From a virus (lineage: Duplodnaviria > Caudoviricetes), in the IMG/VR virus record IMGVR_UViG_3300037515_000067, positions 1 through 41,895 of that record: 41,895 nucleotides of DNA. The stretch is one strand, 5' to 3'. Made by a program: the position numbers and the translations under genes. Under the pieces are notes generated by a model. The model made no database searches and was not told the origin of the DNA. It saw only the letters and a program-made list of their open reading frames with translations. This document shows, in pieces, positions 17,869-27,511 of the stretch (positions within the stretch are counted from its first letter, which is position 1; each line of letters begins with the position of its first letter).

Positions 17869-18635
17869 TCCACCAATAGCGGTAAGAAACGATTTTTAAG
17901 TTTTGTCGCTAGAGATTCAAGGACTTTCTTTCCGTCCTGCGCGCCCTTATTCGTCTTTCCTTTTGTCTGCCCACCAGTTGCTGCCGCTGGTTTTGGTGCG
18001 ATCTGCGATAACGCGATAACCACAAAGCGGAACTGCTGCGCTTCGATAGTAAATTCTAAACTATCCGTTTGGTTGTTGCGCTCCCATTCAAATGACGTTA
18101 CGCACATCTTGTCGTATTTTTTGTGCGGCATGTCTATGTCAATGAGCGCATCGCTGTTGTATGTCGATTCAATGAAGTCGATAAACTTCTGAATGTTCGT
18201 CTTTCCTTCTTCTCCGGTAAATCCAAGAAAGGATGCCGCTTGTTTCCCGCTGGAAATGATAGCGTCTGCGCTGTCAACCAGCGCCGAAGCGTCACCTATG
18301 AGGCCAGTTATGCGGCTAATTTGTGATTGCGTCCTTGTCGGCGCATATTGGGTTATATTACCCACCTGAGCCTGCACTCCCTGCAACCGTTTGACATCGG
18401 GGGATGGGAGTTGAAAAACGTTCGAAACGGTCCCCTGTATTCTGATCGATAGCGGGTTTCTGATTATGTGGTCATTGACGTGGCTTCCGTCCTCAAGAAA
18501 CGTTGTCGGGATTTCGCGGGTCATGGTTACGCTTTCAGAAACCCTTGACGCGGTTTTGAAACCTCCGATGTCTACAACCTCAACCCCTGGATCGTTTTTG
18601 AATGCGCCGTTTATGAAATCGCGGATAACTGCCAT
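17865..18635 (-). CDS. Tail tube initiator/Dit-like baseplate protein
   Basis: LEDGSHVNDHII.NP..I.IQG.VS; follows tape measure. Confidence 0.7.
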   Translation of the reverse strand: MAVIRDFINGAFKNDPGVEVVDIGGFKTASRVSESVTMTREIPTTFLEDGSHVNDHIIRNPLSIRIQGTVSNVFQLPSPDVKRLQGVQAQVGNITQYAPTRTQSQISRITGLIGDASALVDSADAIISSGKQAASFLGFTGEEGKTNIQKFIDFIESTYNSDALIDIDMPHKKYDKMCVTSFEWERNNQTDSLEFTIEAQQFRFVVIALSQIAPKPAAATGGQTKGKTNKGAQDGKKVLESLATKLKNRFLPLLVD

Positions 18636-20065
18636 TACATTCCCCCGCGTCTGGATTGCGTCTGTGCGTCTTCCATCTGTCTCTGCAAAGAATCCGCCGC
18701 AACCTGCCCGGCTCTTTCGGGGTCAGAGGTGCGTATATTCTGTTGGACATTGACCTCTGTTCGGTTAACGCTGCCAAGTTCTGAAAGCCTGGCGTGAGGT
18801 CTGGCAACGCTGGAATCTGGCATTACACCGGTTGTCTCGGTTGTCGGTTGATCTTTCATCATCAGGTTTTTTGCCCAATCTGGCAGGATGTTTATTAGTT
18901 CCAGTTTCATCCAATCAAAAATAGCGGCGAATATTTCACGGAATTTCTCGCCCAATTTAAACGCCATTATGATGAAGCTGGACTTGATATCTTCCCAAGC
19001 CCCGGCAAAATCTAGTTTTATAAATTTGACGATTGCCCGTAATATAGGGAGGATATCAACCCCTGCGAACTCAAGCCAAAAATTCCTAATCACGGATTGT
19101 CCGCCCTGAAATGCTACAACCAAATCTTCCACGGCTAGGAACAGGGCGACGACAAGCGCCGCGATAAGGATTGCAGGGATAGATAAAAAACTCAATGCTC
19201 CCGCAAGCCCTAGCGTTGCGACTTTGAACGCGACGAATCCAACAACAGCCGCCCCGATGAATGGTGCCATCCTAACAAGCGCGTCGATTATGTCCCCGAT
19301 AACTTCTATCGTCGACTTGGCCGCGTTTATGATCCAATCTTTGTTCTTGGCTATCAGGTCGGTGAATTTCTCCGTCAATTCAACCATCGACGGCGCAAGC
19401 CCTACCGCTATCAACCGACGAACCGAATCAAGACCAAATTTCAGAGTTGTCATAGCGTCATTGTACGCTAGCGCCTGTCCAGTTTGTTCACCAGTCAGCA
19501 CGCCCATTTCCCTGGCTTTGTCTCGCAAGCCGGAAATCTCGGACGATGTTTTATTAAGCATGGTGATGAGCGAAGCGTCTATGCCGAGGGACGAAGCAAA
19601 AGACCTCTGTTCGCTTAGCGATAGATTCAACTGGCGGAACCTGCTGCCGACTTCGCCTAATATCTTGTCTGCCGTTTTTACGTGACCATTTGAATCTCTA
19701 ACGGATATCCCCAGCCGTGCAAACTCTGCGGAACCCTTCTGAGCTGCGTCACCGATCTTCTGGGACAGGCCGCTAAGTGTTGATTGTAGCGCCCCGGCAG
19801 ATGAATTTGAAACGCTGGCAACGTACCCTAGTTCCTGTATTGCTTCGACTGCTACCCCGGTTTGTGCTGCCAAATCCCCGAGAGGCTGGATTGATTGCAG
19901 GACGTTCGACGCCCATTTGCCGATTGCAATTGACGCGGCAATGCTGGCAGTCGCGAACCCAGCAACCAGCCCAATCCCTTTAACAAGCGAGGCGTTATAC
20001 TGGTTAAGTGGCGACGATGAACCTTGAAAGCTGAATTTTGTAATTAGTTCGGTCGCAATTGCCAC
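18635..20065 (-). CDS. Tape measure protein
   Basis: Ala/Gly-rich helical protein with hydrophobic segments after tail chaperones. Confidence 0.85.
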   Translation of the reverse strand: MAIATELITKFSFQGSSSPLNQYNASLVKGIGLVAGFATASIAASIAIGKWASNVLQSIQPLGDLAAQTGVAVEAIQELGYVASVSNSSAGALQSTLSGLSQKIGDAAQKGSAEFARLGISVRDSNGHVKTADKILGEVGSRFRQLNLSLSEQRSFASSLGIDASLITMLNKTSSEISGLRDKAREMGVLTGEQTGQALAYNDAMTTLKFGLDSVRRLIAVGLAPSMVELTEKFTDLIAKNKDWIINAAKSTIEVIGDIIDALVRMAPFIGAAVVGFVAFKVATLGLAGALSFLSIPAILIAALVVALFLAVEDLVVAFQGGQSVIRNFWLEFAGVDILPILRAIVKFIKLDFAGAWEDIKSSFIIMAFKLGEKFREIFAAIFDWMKLELINILPDWAKNLMMKDQPTTETTGVMPDSSVARPHARLSELGSVNRTEVNVQQNIRTSDPERAGQVAADSLQRQMEDAQTQSRRGGM

Positions 20066-20066
20066 G

Positions 20067-20315
20067 TTACCCCCTATTGTTTTCCGCTTTCCATCTCAAG
20101 TGCCGCTCGATGGCGTTTTCTATGGCCTCGTATTCCATGAGGTCCAAGAAGTCCTTGGTATCTAAAGCCCTGATCTGACTGACCGTGCCATACCCCTGCT
20201 TAGAGAGATACACCACGGCCATATCGTCATCCGTCAGATTCGTTTGCCCTATGTAGTCGTTGTCCGATACTGGGCAATGGACTTTCAGCCGCCAAGGTTT
20301 CCGCGCAAAAAAGGG
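20067..20315 (-). CDS. Tail assembly chaperone frameshift extension (gpT-like)
   Basis: CCCTTTT slippery heptamer at 20309-20315; -1 frame open to TAA at 20067, just before the tape measure start. Confidence 0.75.
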   Translation of the reverse strand, partial: PFFARKPWRLKVHCPVSDNDYIGQTNLTDDDMAVVYLSKQGYGTVSQIRALDTKDFLDLMEYEAIENAIERHLRWKAENNRG

Positions 20316-20650
20316 TAAGACAATGCCCCCAACATGGACGGAATGAAAATCAAGTAGTCTTCGGGATATTCATCCCAGTGGTTCGGCAGCTTGGAAAGCA
20401 AACTGCCTTCGAAAGTTACAATGTTGCTGATGACCTTTTCCACGTCTGCAAATTCTGGCGTGGTGAGAAACCAAAAGTCTCCGCGCTGAATGTCTGACCC
20501 GAAGCGGCTGTAGAACGCGAATACCTTGCGGCGCTTGTCATGCGTTACTGCGGTGATCTTGTATTCACGGCCATTGATTTCTGCACATCGGTCTTCGTCG
20601 ATTGCTTTCAACATTGACAGTGCGTTTGATTGTAGATCTTTGTCTTCCAT
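20285..20650 (-). CDS. Tail assembly chaperone (gpG-like)
   Basis: Between tube and tape measure; slippery site near 3' end. Confidence 0.75.
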   Translation of the reverse strand: MEDKDLQSNALSMLKAIDEDRCAEINGREYKITAVTHDKRRKVFAFYSRFGSDIQRGDFWFLTTPEFADVEKVISNIVTFEGSLLSKLPNHWDEYPEDYLIFIPSMLGALSYPFLRGNLGG

Positions 20651-20658
20651 ATTCCCTC

Positions 20659-21093
20659 TTACAGATTACGGCTACAGTTACGGAAACGAACCACGTATTC
20701 GGAAAGTGCGTTACCGTCTGTGCTGTTTTTGGTCCCGGTCGGCTGGGTGGTGATGCTGCCATTTTCCAGCACCCACGATTCTACCCCGCCGATCCCGTCA
20801 CGGATAAAGTTTTCCTTTGCGCTTCCGTTAATCAGAACTGGCGGCGACTGACGGAGAAGGTTGTTCATGAAACCGTCCGAGCCGCTGAATCTCTGGACCC
20901 TGACAGTTACGTCATATACTCCCCGGTCGGAACGCTCGTTGATAGATACGCCCCCGCCAATGGCGTTTACGTGGCTGGTTGCCGGGTTTACAGGTGCAAG
21001 AGTGATAGTGTCACCCTCTACCAAATCGGTGATAGCGGTCCCGTTGAGGATGAGGGTAGTGCTATCTGCTGCTAGTGTGATTGCTGATGCCAT
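20659..21093 (-). CDS. Tail tube protein
   Basis: 144 aa beta-rich protein directly after sheath. Confidence 0.75.
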   Translation of the reverse strand: MASAITLAADSTTLILNGTAITDLVEGDTITLAPVNPATSHVNAIGGGVSINERSDRGVYDVTVRVQRFSGSDGFMNNLLRQSPPVLINGSAKENFIRDGIGGVESWVLENGSITTQPTGTKNSTDGNALSEYVVRFRNCSRNL

Positions 21094-21104
21094 TTTCTAC
21101 CCCT

Positions 21105-22604
21105 TTAACGATTGATGAAAACGATCATGTCTACGGAGTGAACTGCCCCGGCCAGTTTGACCGCCCCTTGAAGTACGGGAGACTTCCGAGCTTCGCGGTC
21201 AGATTGCGGTTGATCCGCCAGGCTGCCGGAAATCCAATAGAACCCGTTGTCAAAAATGTTCTGCTCGAAAGTTGCACGGTCACCGAAATAGTCAGGGCTT
21301 GACCATGTGCCGGGAGCGAACACTCCGGCTCGGACGAAGCCGCGAGTCGTCTTCTCGGCCTGGTCGATCAATTGGTTAACCCCTCGTTGCGTCTGCGGGA
21401 TTTTGGTTCCTGTGAGCTTCAATAGGTTGTACATATCAGTCTGTAGCGCGTCTTCGTATGCAATGAAATTGTACCGGTTATCGGTGAAGTCATTAGCCCC
21501 GCTGGTCAGGATGCAAGCAGTCCGCTTGATAGTGGTGTAGATATCCAAACCAACGTTCTTTGCTGCCGTTACTTCGGTTTGTGTGTAAGCCTCTGCTGCA
21601 ACGGAAAGCTCCTTGAGGTGCATCGTCAACGCTGAATTCTCGGCATTGAAATTGACCGTATGGGCACGGGCCATGTAGCTAGCTGCCATCTTCCGGTTGT
21701 TGGCTTTGCTGTACAGCATCCGGTAGTTAGTCAGGCCAGAAAGCTTAATATCCCAAACCACGTTAGCCGGATCAATCAACAGGTTACTTGCCGAGCTGAA
21801 AACATCATATTGCAGGATACTGTTGGCCTGGCCCCATTCGGCTAGGTCTTTCGATTCAATGTCGGTCGGGTTGTCGATGAAAACCAGACCGCGAAATTTG
21901 ATCAACGCCCGGAGTGCGGATACTGCGTCAACCTTGGTTTCTACTGCCAGCGTATCAGCTGCCGCGCCTTGCGTAGCAACTGCGCCGGTCCCTGTGGACA
22001 GGGCCAGGATAGCGCCGATGAAGGTACCGGTCCCGGGAGACGTTGCTAAGGTGATAGTGCTAAGTGCGCCGGTAGTATCCGAAGTGATGATTACCCTCTG
22101 ATCGTCAAAGGATGCGGTGCCACCGGTCAGTGCCGTGTTCAGCACATCAACAACGCCGTCAATATCAATCACCGATTGAAAGTCAAGGGCGGTGAGGTTT
22201 TCAGCCGAACCATCAATGGTAATATCAAGCGTTCCATCGGAGATAGATTGAAGCTGCCCAATTACGGTAGCCTCTGCAATCTGCGCCCCGGTAAGGGCTG
22301 CCGCCGTTGCTGCCACGTCCTCGGATGCCCCTCGCCAGTAACCGGCGACAAGGACGCCCCCGGCATTGGTAGGGTTAGGCTGTGTGCCGAAGAACGCATT
22401 TGCGAAGTCTGCCATATCCGAGGCGGTGCCGAAGTCCTGCGCCACGGTATTAGCGTCACTGTAAAGCGCGTAACGGTTCGCAGACGAAAGCGGCCCGTCC
22501 TGCTGGCTGGTCATGATGACAACGGTGTTGGGATTGTCCCTTGCTGCAAGCTCGCCGCCTTCAATTAGCGCAACGTTCACAACGTTGTTGATGTTAACCG
22601 ACAT
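21105..22604 (-). CDS. Tail sheath protein (DUF3383-like)
   Basis: INNVVNV N-terminus, KIPQT..G, QSDREARKSP..KLAGAVHSV. Confidence 0.9.
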   Translation of the reverse strand: MSVNINNVVNVALIEGGELAARDNPNTVVIMTSQQDGPLSSANRYALYSDANTVAQDFGTASDMADFANAFFGTQPNPTNAGGVLVAGYWRGASEDVAATAAALTGAQIAEATVIGQLQSISDGTLDITIDGSAENLTALDFQSVIDIDGVVDVLNTALTGGTASFDDQRVIITSDTTGALSTITLATSPGTGTFIGAILALSTGTGAVATQGAAADTLAVETKVDAVSALRALIKFRGLVFIDNPTDIESKDLAEWGQANSILQYDVFSSASNLLIDPANVVWDIKLSGLTNYRMLYSKANNRKMAASYMARAHTVNFNAENSALTMHLKELSVAAEAYTQTEVTAAKNVGLDIYTTIKRTACILTSGANDFTDNRYNFIAYEDALQTDMYNLLKLTGTKIPQTQRGVNQLIDQAEKTTRGFVRAGVFAPGTWSSPDYFGDRATFEQNIFDNGFYWISGSLADQPQSDREARKSPVLQGAVKLAGAVHSVDMIVFINR

Positions 22605-23103
22605 ATGAAATCTCCTGTCCTTTTTCTGAAATTACGGTGATTTGCTCTTGATCTATCCGCTTGGTTGCGACTTCAACAGAGATGCTGTATTGAACGTTTA
22701 TCTGTATTTCATACCGTTCCCCGTATTGCTGGCCGGTCAATATTTTCACGTCCATGATTGCGCTTGTCTGATAAACCCCAATGCCAAGAGATGTTTGCAA
22801 CTCAAGGGACTTTTGAGACCTTACCAGCAAGCTGAAAACGTTTGCCCTCGCCCATGCTCCGTCACCGTAAAATGACAGGATTACCGGCTCGATATATTGC
22901 TGTTGATACCCCATTGATTCGGCTACAGGGTCGAACCTCTCACCTGATGCGAGACGCACAGCCAGGCCCAAAGAATCAACCCCGATATATCCGACGGTGA
23001 AGTCTGTTATCTCGTCGCCCTGGCGTCCGATCTTTACCAGCGCCTCGTTGTATGCCAGAAGATCACGAACAAAAATTGCCGTCTTTACGAGGGAATCATT
23101 CAT
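22594..23103 (-). CDS. Neck/tail terminator protein
   Basis: Position immediately upstream of sheath. Confidence 0.65.
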   Translation of the reverse strand: MNDSLVKTAIFVRDLLAYNEALVKIGRQGDEITDFTVGYIGVDSLGLAVRLASGERFDPVAESMGYQQQYIEPVILSFYGDGAWARANVFSLLVRSQKSLELQTSLGIGVYQTSAIMDVKILTGQQYGERYEIQINVQYSISVEVATKRIDQEQITVISEKGQEISYVG

Positions 23104-23453
23104 GGAACCACCGTTTCAACCAACAACGGACGCTTGGTTTCCTCTGCAATAACATCGTCAAAGCCGTACCCCCTCCATGCACCGCGATTGATAACTTTGT
23201 AATCCATGCCTGAGAATTCTACATACTCGCCAATAAGGACCGGCACAGAAGAATGCACCATAATATATTCCAGGGACCAATCAATCGTTGCTGGATTAAG
23301 TTTCTCCTTGTCGGCTACTTGCACAACACACAACTGATTACGGATCGTAACCACTTCCGTCTCAACAAAATTCATCGTTGTTTTAGTGACCGTCTTTATC
23401 GGCACCAATCGTTCCCAACGCCGTAGGGCGCTTGACATGTTAGGCAACATCAC
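23100..23453 (-). CDS. Head closure/adaptor protein
   Basis: Gene order; GMDYKVI..W..YGF. Confidence 0.65.
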   Translation of the reverse strand: MMLPNMSSALRRWERLVPIKTVTKTTMNFVETEVVTIRNQLCVVQVADKEKLNPATIDWSLEYIMVHSSVPVLIGEYVEFSGMDYKVINRGAWRGYGFDDVIAEETKRPLLVETVVP

Positions 23454-23920
23454 AGCCCCCTTACAACGTAGGTGATAGACCCTCGCAAGATACCAGTGTT
23501 AATCAACACCTGCGAGCTGCCTTTTCTGTCCTTGGTTCTCTGTTGTATGTCAGGCCACTGTCCGAAACCCCTGGTCGTGAAAGCCTCTTGAACAACATTT
23601 ACGGCCGCCGTCCCTACCAGCCCCAATGCCTGACTGACAATTTTCCCTTTTTCGAACACTTCTTGAAACTGCAAAGTTATTACCTTGTCCATCGTGTTTT
23701 TCTTGATGATAAACGGCATCCTGAGGAATGATCGTTTCGGCATACCAGCCGCCCCGTATTCATGCACGGACCCGACAGATACAACCGTTTCTCCGTACTT
23801 GTAAACTTTGCTACTGGCTTTTTCAACTGGTAGCCCGACCGCGACATATCCGCTTTTCACCTGGTCGATTGATTTAGCCATCGCCATCGTTTTCTTTAGC
23901 ATCTCTTCCGGTTTTATCAC
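23450..23920 (-). CDS. Neck/virion morphogenesis protein
   Basis: VHEYG, PKRSFLR, KGSSQVLINTG.LRGSITY. Confidence 0.75.
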   Translation of the reverse strand: MIKPEEMLKKTMAMAKSIDQVKSGYVAVGLPVEKASSKVYKYGETVVSVGSVHEYGAAGMPKRSFLRMPFIIKKNTMDKVITLQFQEVFEKGKIVSQALGLVGTAAVNVVQEAFTTRGFGQWPDIQQRTKDRKGSSQVLINTGILRGSITYVVRGL

Positions 23921-24264
23921 ACGAACACCCCGCCTTGCCGGTGCCTGGTAAGCAACGAATACCGCGCCCCGTATTTAGTGGAAAGTAGCCATGTGGTGCG
24001 CTCACCTGCTGATGCGTCAACCGCGAAGGATTGTGATACATTGCCAACAGATTGACTTGTTATCTGCTTTAGCGGGTCGGTTCCTGCGCTGATTTCTGCT
24101 GTCAGCAGGTGAGCTACCAAGTTGAGGACGATCTCTTCCCCGCATCCCTCGTATGTCCATCCCGTGTAGCAAGGCCATACTTGTTCAAGTATCGGCAAGT
24201 ATTGGTCAACAATTGCCGTTTCGAATTCGGGAAAACGAGATTTGAAATCGTCGATGAATGCCAT
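23917..24264 (-). CDS. Head-tail connector (DUF4054-like)
   Basis: FKSRFPEF, LVAHLL, SVGNVSQSF, TKYG. Confidence 0.8.
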   Translation of the reverse strand: MAFIDDFKSRFPEFETAIVDQYLPILEQVWPCYTGWTYEGCGEEIVLNLVAHLLTAEISAGTDPLKQITSQSVGNVSQSFAVDASAGERTTWLLSTKYGARYSLLTRHRQGGVFV

Positions 24265-24533
24265 TATACGCGCTCCAATTTACCTAGACGGATTGAGTTT
24301 TCGATCCTGGCCGTTCCTTGTTTGTTTTCTTTGTCGCCTGAGGTAACCGGTCTCGATTCACCAGAGGCAAGAGGTTTGCCGTACACATATTGGACGGTTG
24401 TCCCGATGTTCTTGATGCTAGACTTCGCCACGTGTTCGGGTGGTAATGGAACAGCGGTGGAGTTTTCCCCCACCGCTGCAACAGTTTCATCCAATGGTGC
24501 GGCTACCTTTCTGCGGTACGCTCGCTTAGCCAT
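24264..24533 (-). CDS. Hypothetical head-region protein
   Basis: Small ORF between capsid and connector genes. Confidence 0.55.
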   Translation of the reverse strand: MAKRAYRRKVAAPLDETVAAVGENSTAVPLPPEHVAKSSIKNIGTTVQYVYGKPLASGESRPVTSGDKENKQGTARIENSIRLGKLERV

Positions 24534-24534
24534 A

Positions 24535-25515
24535 TTACAGGCCGGTGAGGGTCTGGGCTGCGTCAGTCTCGATAACATCCAGTCCAGCTACAGCGAAGAA
24601 GGATTCAACATAATATTTGAACCCTCTCTGGTCAACGCTGGAAACATTCAGCGGAACCGGAACCCGCATTTGCATGGCACGGCGGTTGGAGCTAAATGCA
24701 ACGGTAATCGAAGCATCTCCAGCTCCAGCGGTTTCGGCCTTGGTGGTCATGCCGAAAGTAACGGTCGGGAAGTTAGCTTCCAAAGCGCGCATTACCGACA
24801 TTTCCGAACCGGCAGAATTGAGAATCTTGCTGGTACAGATGTTGTATACACGGGACGGCATTACAACGCGGTCGGCTTTGTAAGTGTCGATATTCAGAAC
24901 GCCTGTCCACTGCCGAACGATGAGGTCTGCAATCTCCTGATACAGCTCAGCGCCGGTAGACAGTTCGGCGGTTGTCGTGCTGGTATCGTCAGCCCAACCG
25001 AAGTTGAGAAGGCCTGTGGTTTTCTGACTGCCATCGGTGCGGACCTGGCCGAGGTACCCGAGGTCATCAATCTTGCGGTTGTACAGTTCCGCGTGACCTT
25101 CGAAAAACCGGCTCGGCAAGTTGATATTCTGCAACTCCGCCTGTTTCAGCTCGATCTCCGACCAATCGGATTCACCTTCCATCGTGAAAACCGGGATACT
25201 GTCCTCTTCGCCGGAAAGGGTAATCTTGCCGGTAGTGTTGGTAAGGGAACCGGATTCGCGGAAACCGCCTTCGACTCGAAGTTTCAGCTTCTTGATGGAG
25301 GTAGCGTATCCGCCTTCGTTGTTAACGTCGATACCCTGGTTCAGGAAAGTCAGGCCAGCAAATTCCTGGGTAAAGATTTCTGCGGATACATGCTCAAGGT
25401 TACGGGCAAGGATAATACCGCCAGCGTCCTTGAATTGCTTCTTGGCATACCCTGCGGCATCCTCAAAAGAGCCGATATTGTAAATACTTTTCACAAACTT
25501 TTCAGTGCGTTTCAT
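24535..25515 (-). CDS. Major capsid protein (DUF2184-like)
   Basis: 326 aa, WSEIEL..A, GLLN; position after decoration/scaffold genes. Confidence 0.85.
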   Translation of the reverse strand: MKRTEKFVKSIYNIGSFEDAAGYAKKQFKDAGGIILARNLEHVSAEIFTQEFAGLTFLNQGIDVNNEGGYATSIKKLKLRVEGGFRESGSLTNTTGKITLSGEEDSIPVFTMEGESDWSEIELKQAELQNINLPSRFFEGHAELYNRKIDDLGYLGQVRTDGSQKTTGLLNFGWADDTSTTTAELSTGAELYQEIADLIVRQWTGVLNIDTYKADRVVMPSRVYNICTSKILNSAGSEMSVMRALEANFPTVTFGMTTKAETAGAGDASITVAFSSNRRAMQMRVPVPLNVSSVDQRGFKYYVESFFAVAGLDVIETDAAQTLTGL

Positions 25516-25529
25516 TCTTTATCGCTCCT

Positions 25530-26369
25530 TTATGCGGTTACGACGATAGCGCCGAGGGGGAAGATATTGCCGCCGATTTCCGCCCATGCGTAGGTAGTGC
25601 CGCCACCCGCAACGCTCAGGGTAATTTCAGCAAGGCCGGTTGCATCGGTGATAACAAGCTCAGCCGCGTTTGCAGTTTCTTCGCGGAACAGCGTACCGGT
25701 CGGGACCAGGATATCGGTGATAGCGTCAATCAGGAAGTCGTCTGCTCCACCAACCCAGAAGCGGAAAAGAACGTTATCCGCGTAATCGGTGCCGTCTGCC
25801 GATTTGGCCTGAACCGTTACGGTTGCGGTAGCGTCTTCGTTGTCAACTGCGCTGACTTCCATAGTCGAAGGAGTGCCGACATAGCTAGTCGAAGTCTCGA
25901 CGCCCATCATGATACGGACAAGCCATACGTTAGATGCTTTCTGCTCCCAGAAGATAGCACCGGGAACGATCAACTGGCCGGAATCGTCGGTTGCCTTGCC
26001 AGCGTCAGCGGTAGCTGCGTTGACGGTGTATACCTGGTCAAATTTAACCGGGGTAGCTGCTGCGGTAACGGTGACGGTAGCGAAGCCGAAGTTGATAACC
26101 TCTGCAACTTGGTCGATCGTCGCGCCGGTAGTGCTGTAAATACCGGTACCAATTTCGCCGGTCAGTTTGCGCCGGACGATACCAGCCAGGACCGGGGTTG
26201 CCGAAGCATCCAGGTTGTCAATGCTGCCGGAATCGTATTTACAAAAGCGCCCCTCGATAAGGCCATTCTCGAAAATCTCAAAGGCGCTTACGTTGTTGGG
26301 AGACGCGGCAATGACCTCGCCAGCGGGAAGGTCAGGATTGTCTTGCAGTGCGGTGTTTGCGAAAGCCAT
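25530..26369 (-). CDS. Head decoration/cement protein with extra C-terminal beta domain
   Basis: Between protease/scaffold and capsid; C-terminal TDATGLAEITLS Ig-like pattern. Confidence 0.65.
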   Translation of the reverse strand: MAFANTALQDNPDLPAGEVIAASPNNVSAFEIFENGLIEGRFCKYDSGSIDNLDASATPVLAGIVRRKLTGEIGTGIYSTTGATIDQVAEVINFGFATVTVTAAATPVKFDQVYTVNAATADAGKATDDSGQLIVPGAIFWEQKASNVWLVRIMMGVETSTSYVGTPSTMEVSAVDNEDATATVTVQAKSADGTDYADNVLFRFWVGGADDFLIDAITDILVPTGTLFREETANAAELVITDATGLAEITLSVAGGGTTYAWAEIGGNIFPLGAIVVTA

Positions 26370-26374
26370 CTGTA

Positions 26375-27511
26375 TTACTCCTTTTCGATAGTCTGTTTGA
26401 TTCGTTCGGTAAGGCTACCAGCGGTCTTAGTGCCCCCGAAGTTACTGTAATCGGAACCTGCCTTGCGAAGCAGTTTAAATGCTACTGCAAGCTCGTTGTC
26501 GGCAAATTTTTCCGTTGACTGAGTCGCCAGACAATCGCGCATAACCTGATTAATAGACTTGTCTTCAAAACTGTAACTCTCCCCGACGAAGGCCCGAGCC
26601 TTGGTTACTACGCCGCCGAAACGTTTAACCGCTTCGTCTGCAAACGATTTCTTTTCCTTGGCAAGAGCTTTGCGGAAGTCGGCATCGGTGAACTTCTTCT
26701 TGTCTTCCTCTTCCATGTCTTCGTCTTCGACCGGCTTTTCTTCCATATCTCCAACCGGTTTTTCTTCCATGTCTCCTTCGGGCTTTTCTTCCGTCTCTTC
26801 TGCCGGGATTTCGACGCCCTGCTCTTTCGAGTAGGAAATGATTTCTTGCATTGCCGGGATCAACTCGCCCAGCTTATCAACCGGGACTTTCTTGATTGCG
26901 TCAGGGAGCGCCATTGCAATCTCGACGATCTGTTCAAGATTGACTGCCCCCTCTTCATCCAGGAAAAACTTGTTAATCTTGCCTTTCTTCATCTCTCCGA
27001 TTCCTTCCGTGATTGATTTTCTGTCTAAGAAACTGCATAGCGGTCCACAACGGCCAGACGGGACAGCCGCGAGATGGTGCGGGATTATATTGACCTGCTC
27101 ATAATCCCATTTCGAATGCTCGATTAAATCGGCCATGTATCCTAAGGACATTTGCTTTTTATCTGCAAGCAATGCCGTCATGGAGTCGTTAACCACTAAG
27201 GTGTTTTTAACCGCAAGCCTTGTGTTGGTTGCTTCGTCGATCTGGTCGATAACCTCCGATACAGTTACGCTGCTGCCGGTGTTCGGTGCCATCACCTCGA
27301 TACTTACGTGCTCATTTGTAAGCGGTATCCCCGGCATTTTGTACGCGGCATTGGCGATAGTCGCCGGGGAACGATACACGGTAAAGACTTTATCCGGAGG
27401 ATCAAGCCCCAACTCGATACCAAGATACTCAAGTACCCCATCACGGATGCTGAGCGCCGTCCGGTCTGCGTTTGAATACTCCGCGATATCTCTGAATTGT
27501 TTTTTTATCAT
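26375..27511 (-). CDS. Head maturation protease/scaffold (DUF2213-like)
   Basis: GVLEYLGIELG, VYRSP, PLTNEH, MSLGY, HLAAVPSGRCG; acidic C-terminal half. Confidence 0.85.
   Translation of the reverse strand: MIKKQFRDIAEYSNADRTALSIRDGVLEYLGIELGLDPPDKVFTVYRSPATIANAAYKMPGIPLTNEHVSIEVMAPNTGSSVTVSEVIDQIDEATNTRLAVKNTLVVNDSMTALLADKKQMSLGYMADLIEHSKWDYEQVNIIPHHLAAVPSGRCGPLCSFLDRKSITEGIGEMKKGKINKFFLDEEGAVNLEQIVEIAMALPDAIKKVPVDKLGELIPAMQEIISYSKEQGVEIPAEETEEKPEGDMEEKPVGDMEEKPVEDEDMEEEDKKKFTDADFRKALAKEKKSFADEAVKRFGGVVTKARAFVGESYSFEDKSINQVMRDCLATQSTEKFADNELAVAFKLLRKAGSDYSNFGGTKTAGSLTERIKQTIEKE

Noticed and set aside
24109-25593. 494-aa + strand ORF
   Set aside because: Antisense shadow of the capsid gene; no recognisable motifs or RBS
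26711-26790. EEKPxGDM tandem repeats
   Set aside because: Ordinary low-complexity acidic scaffold linker
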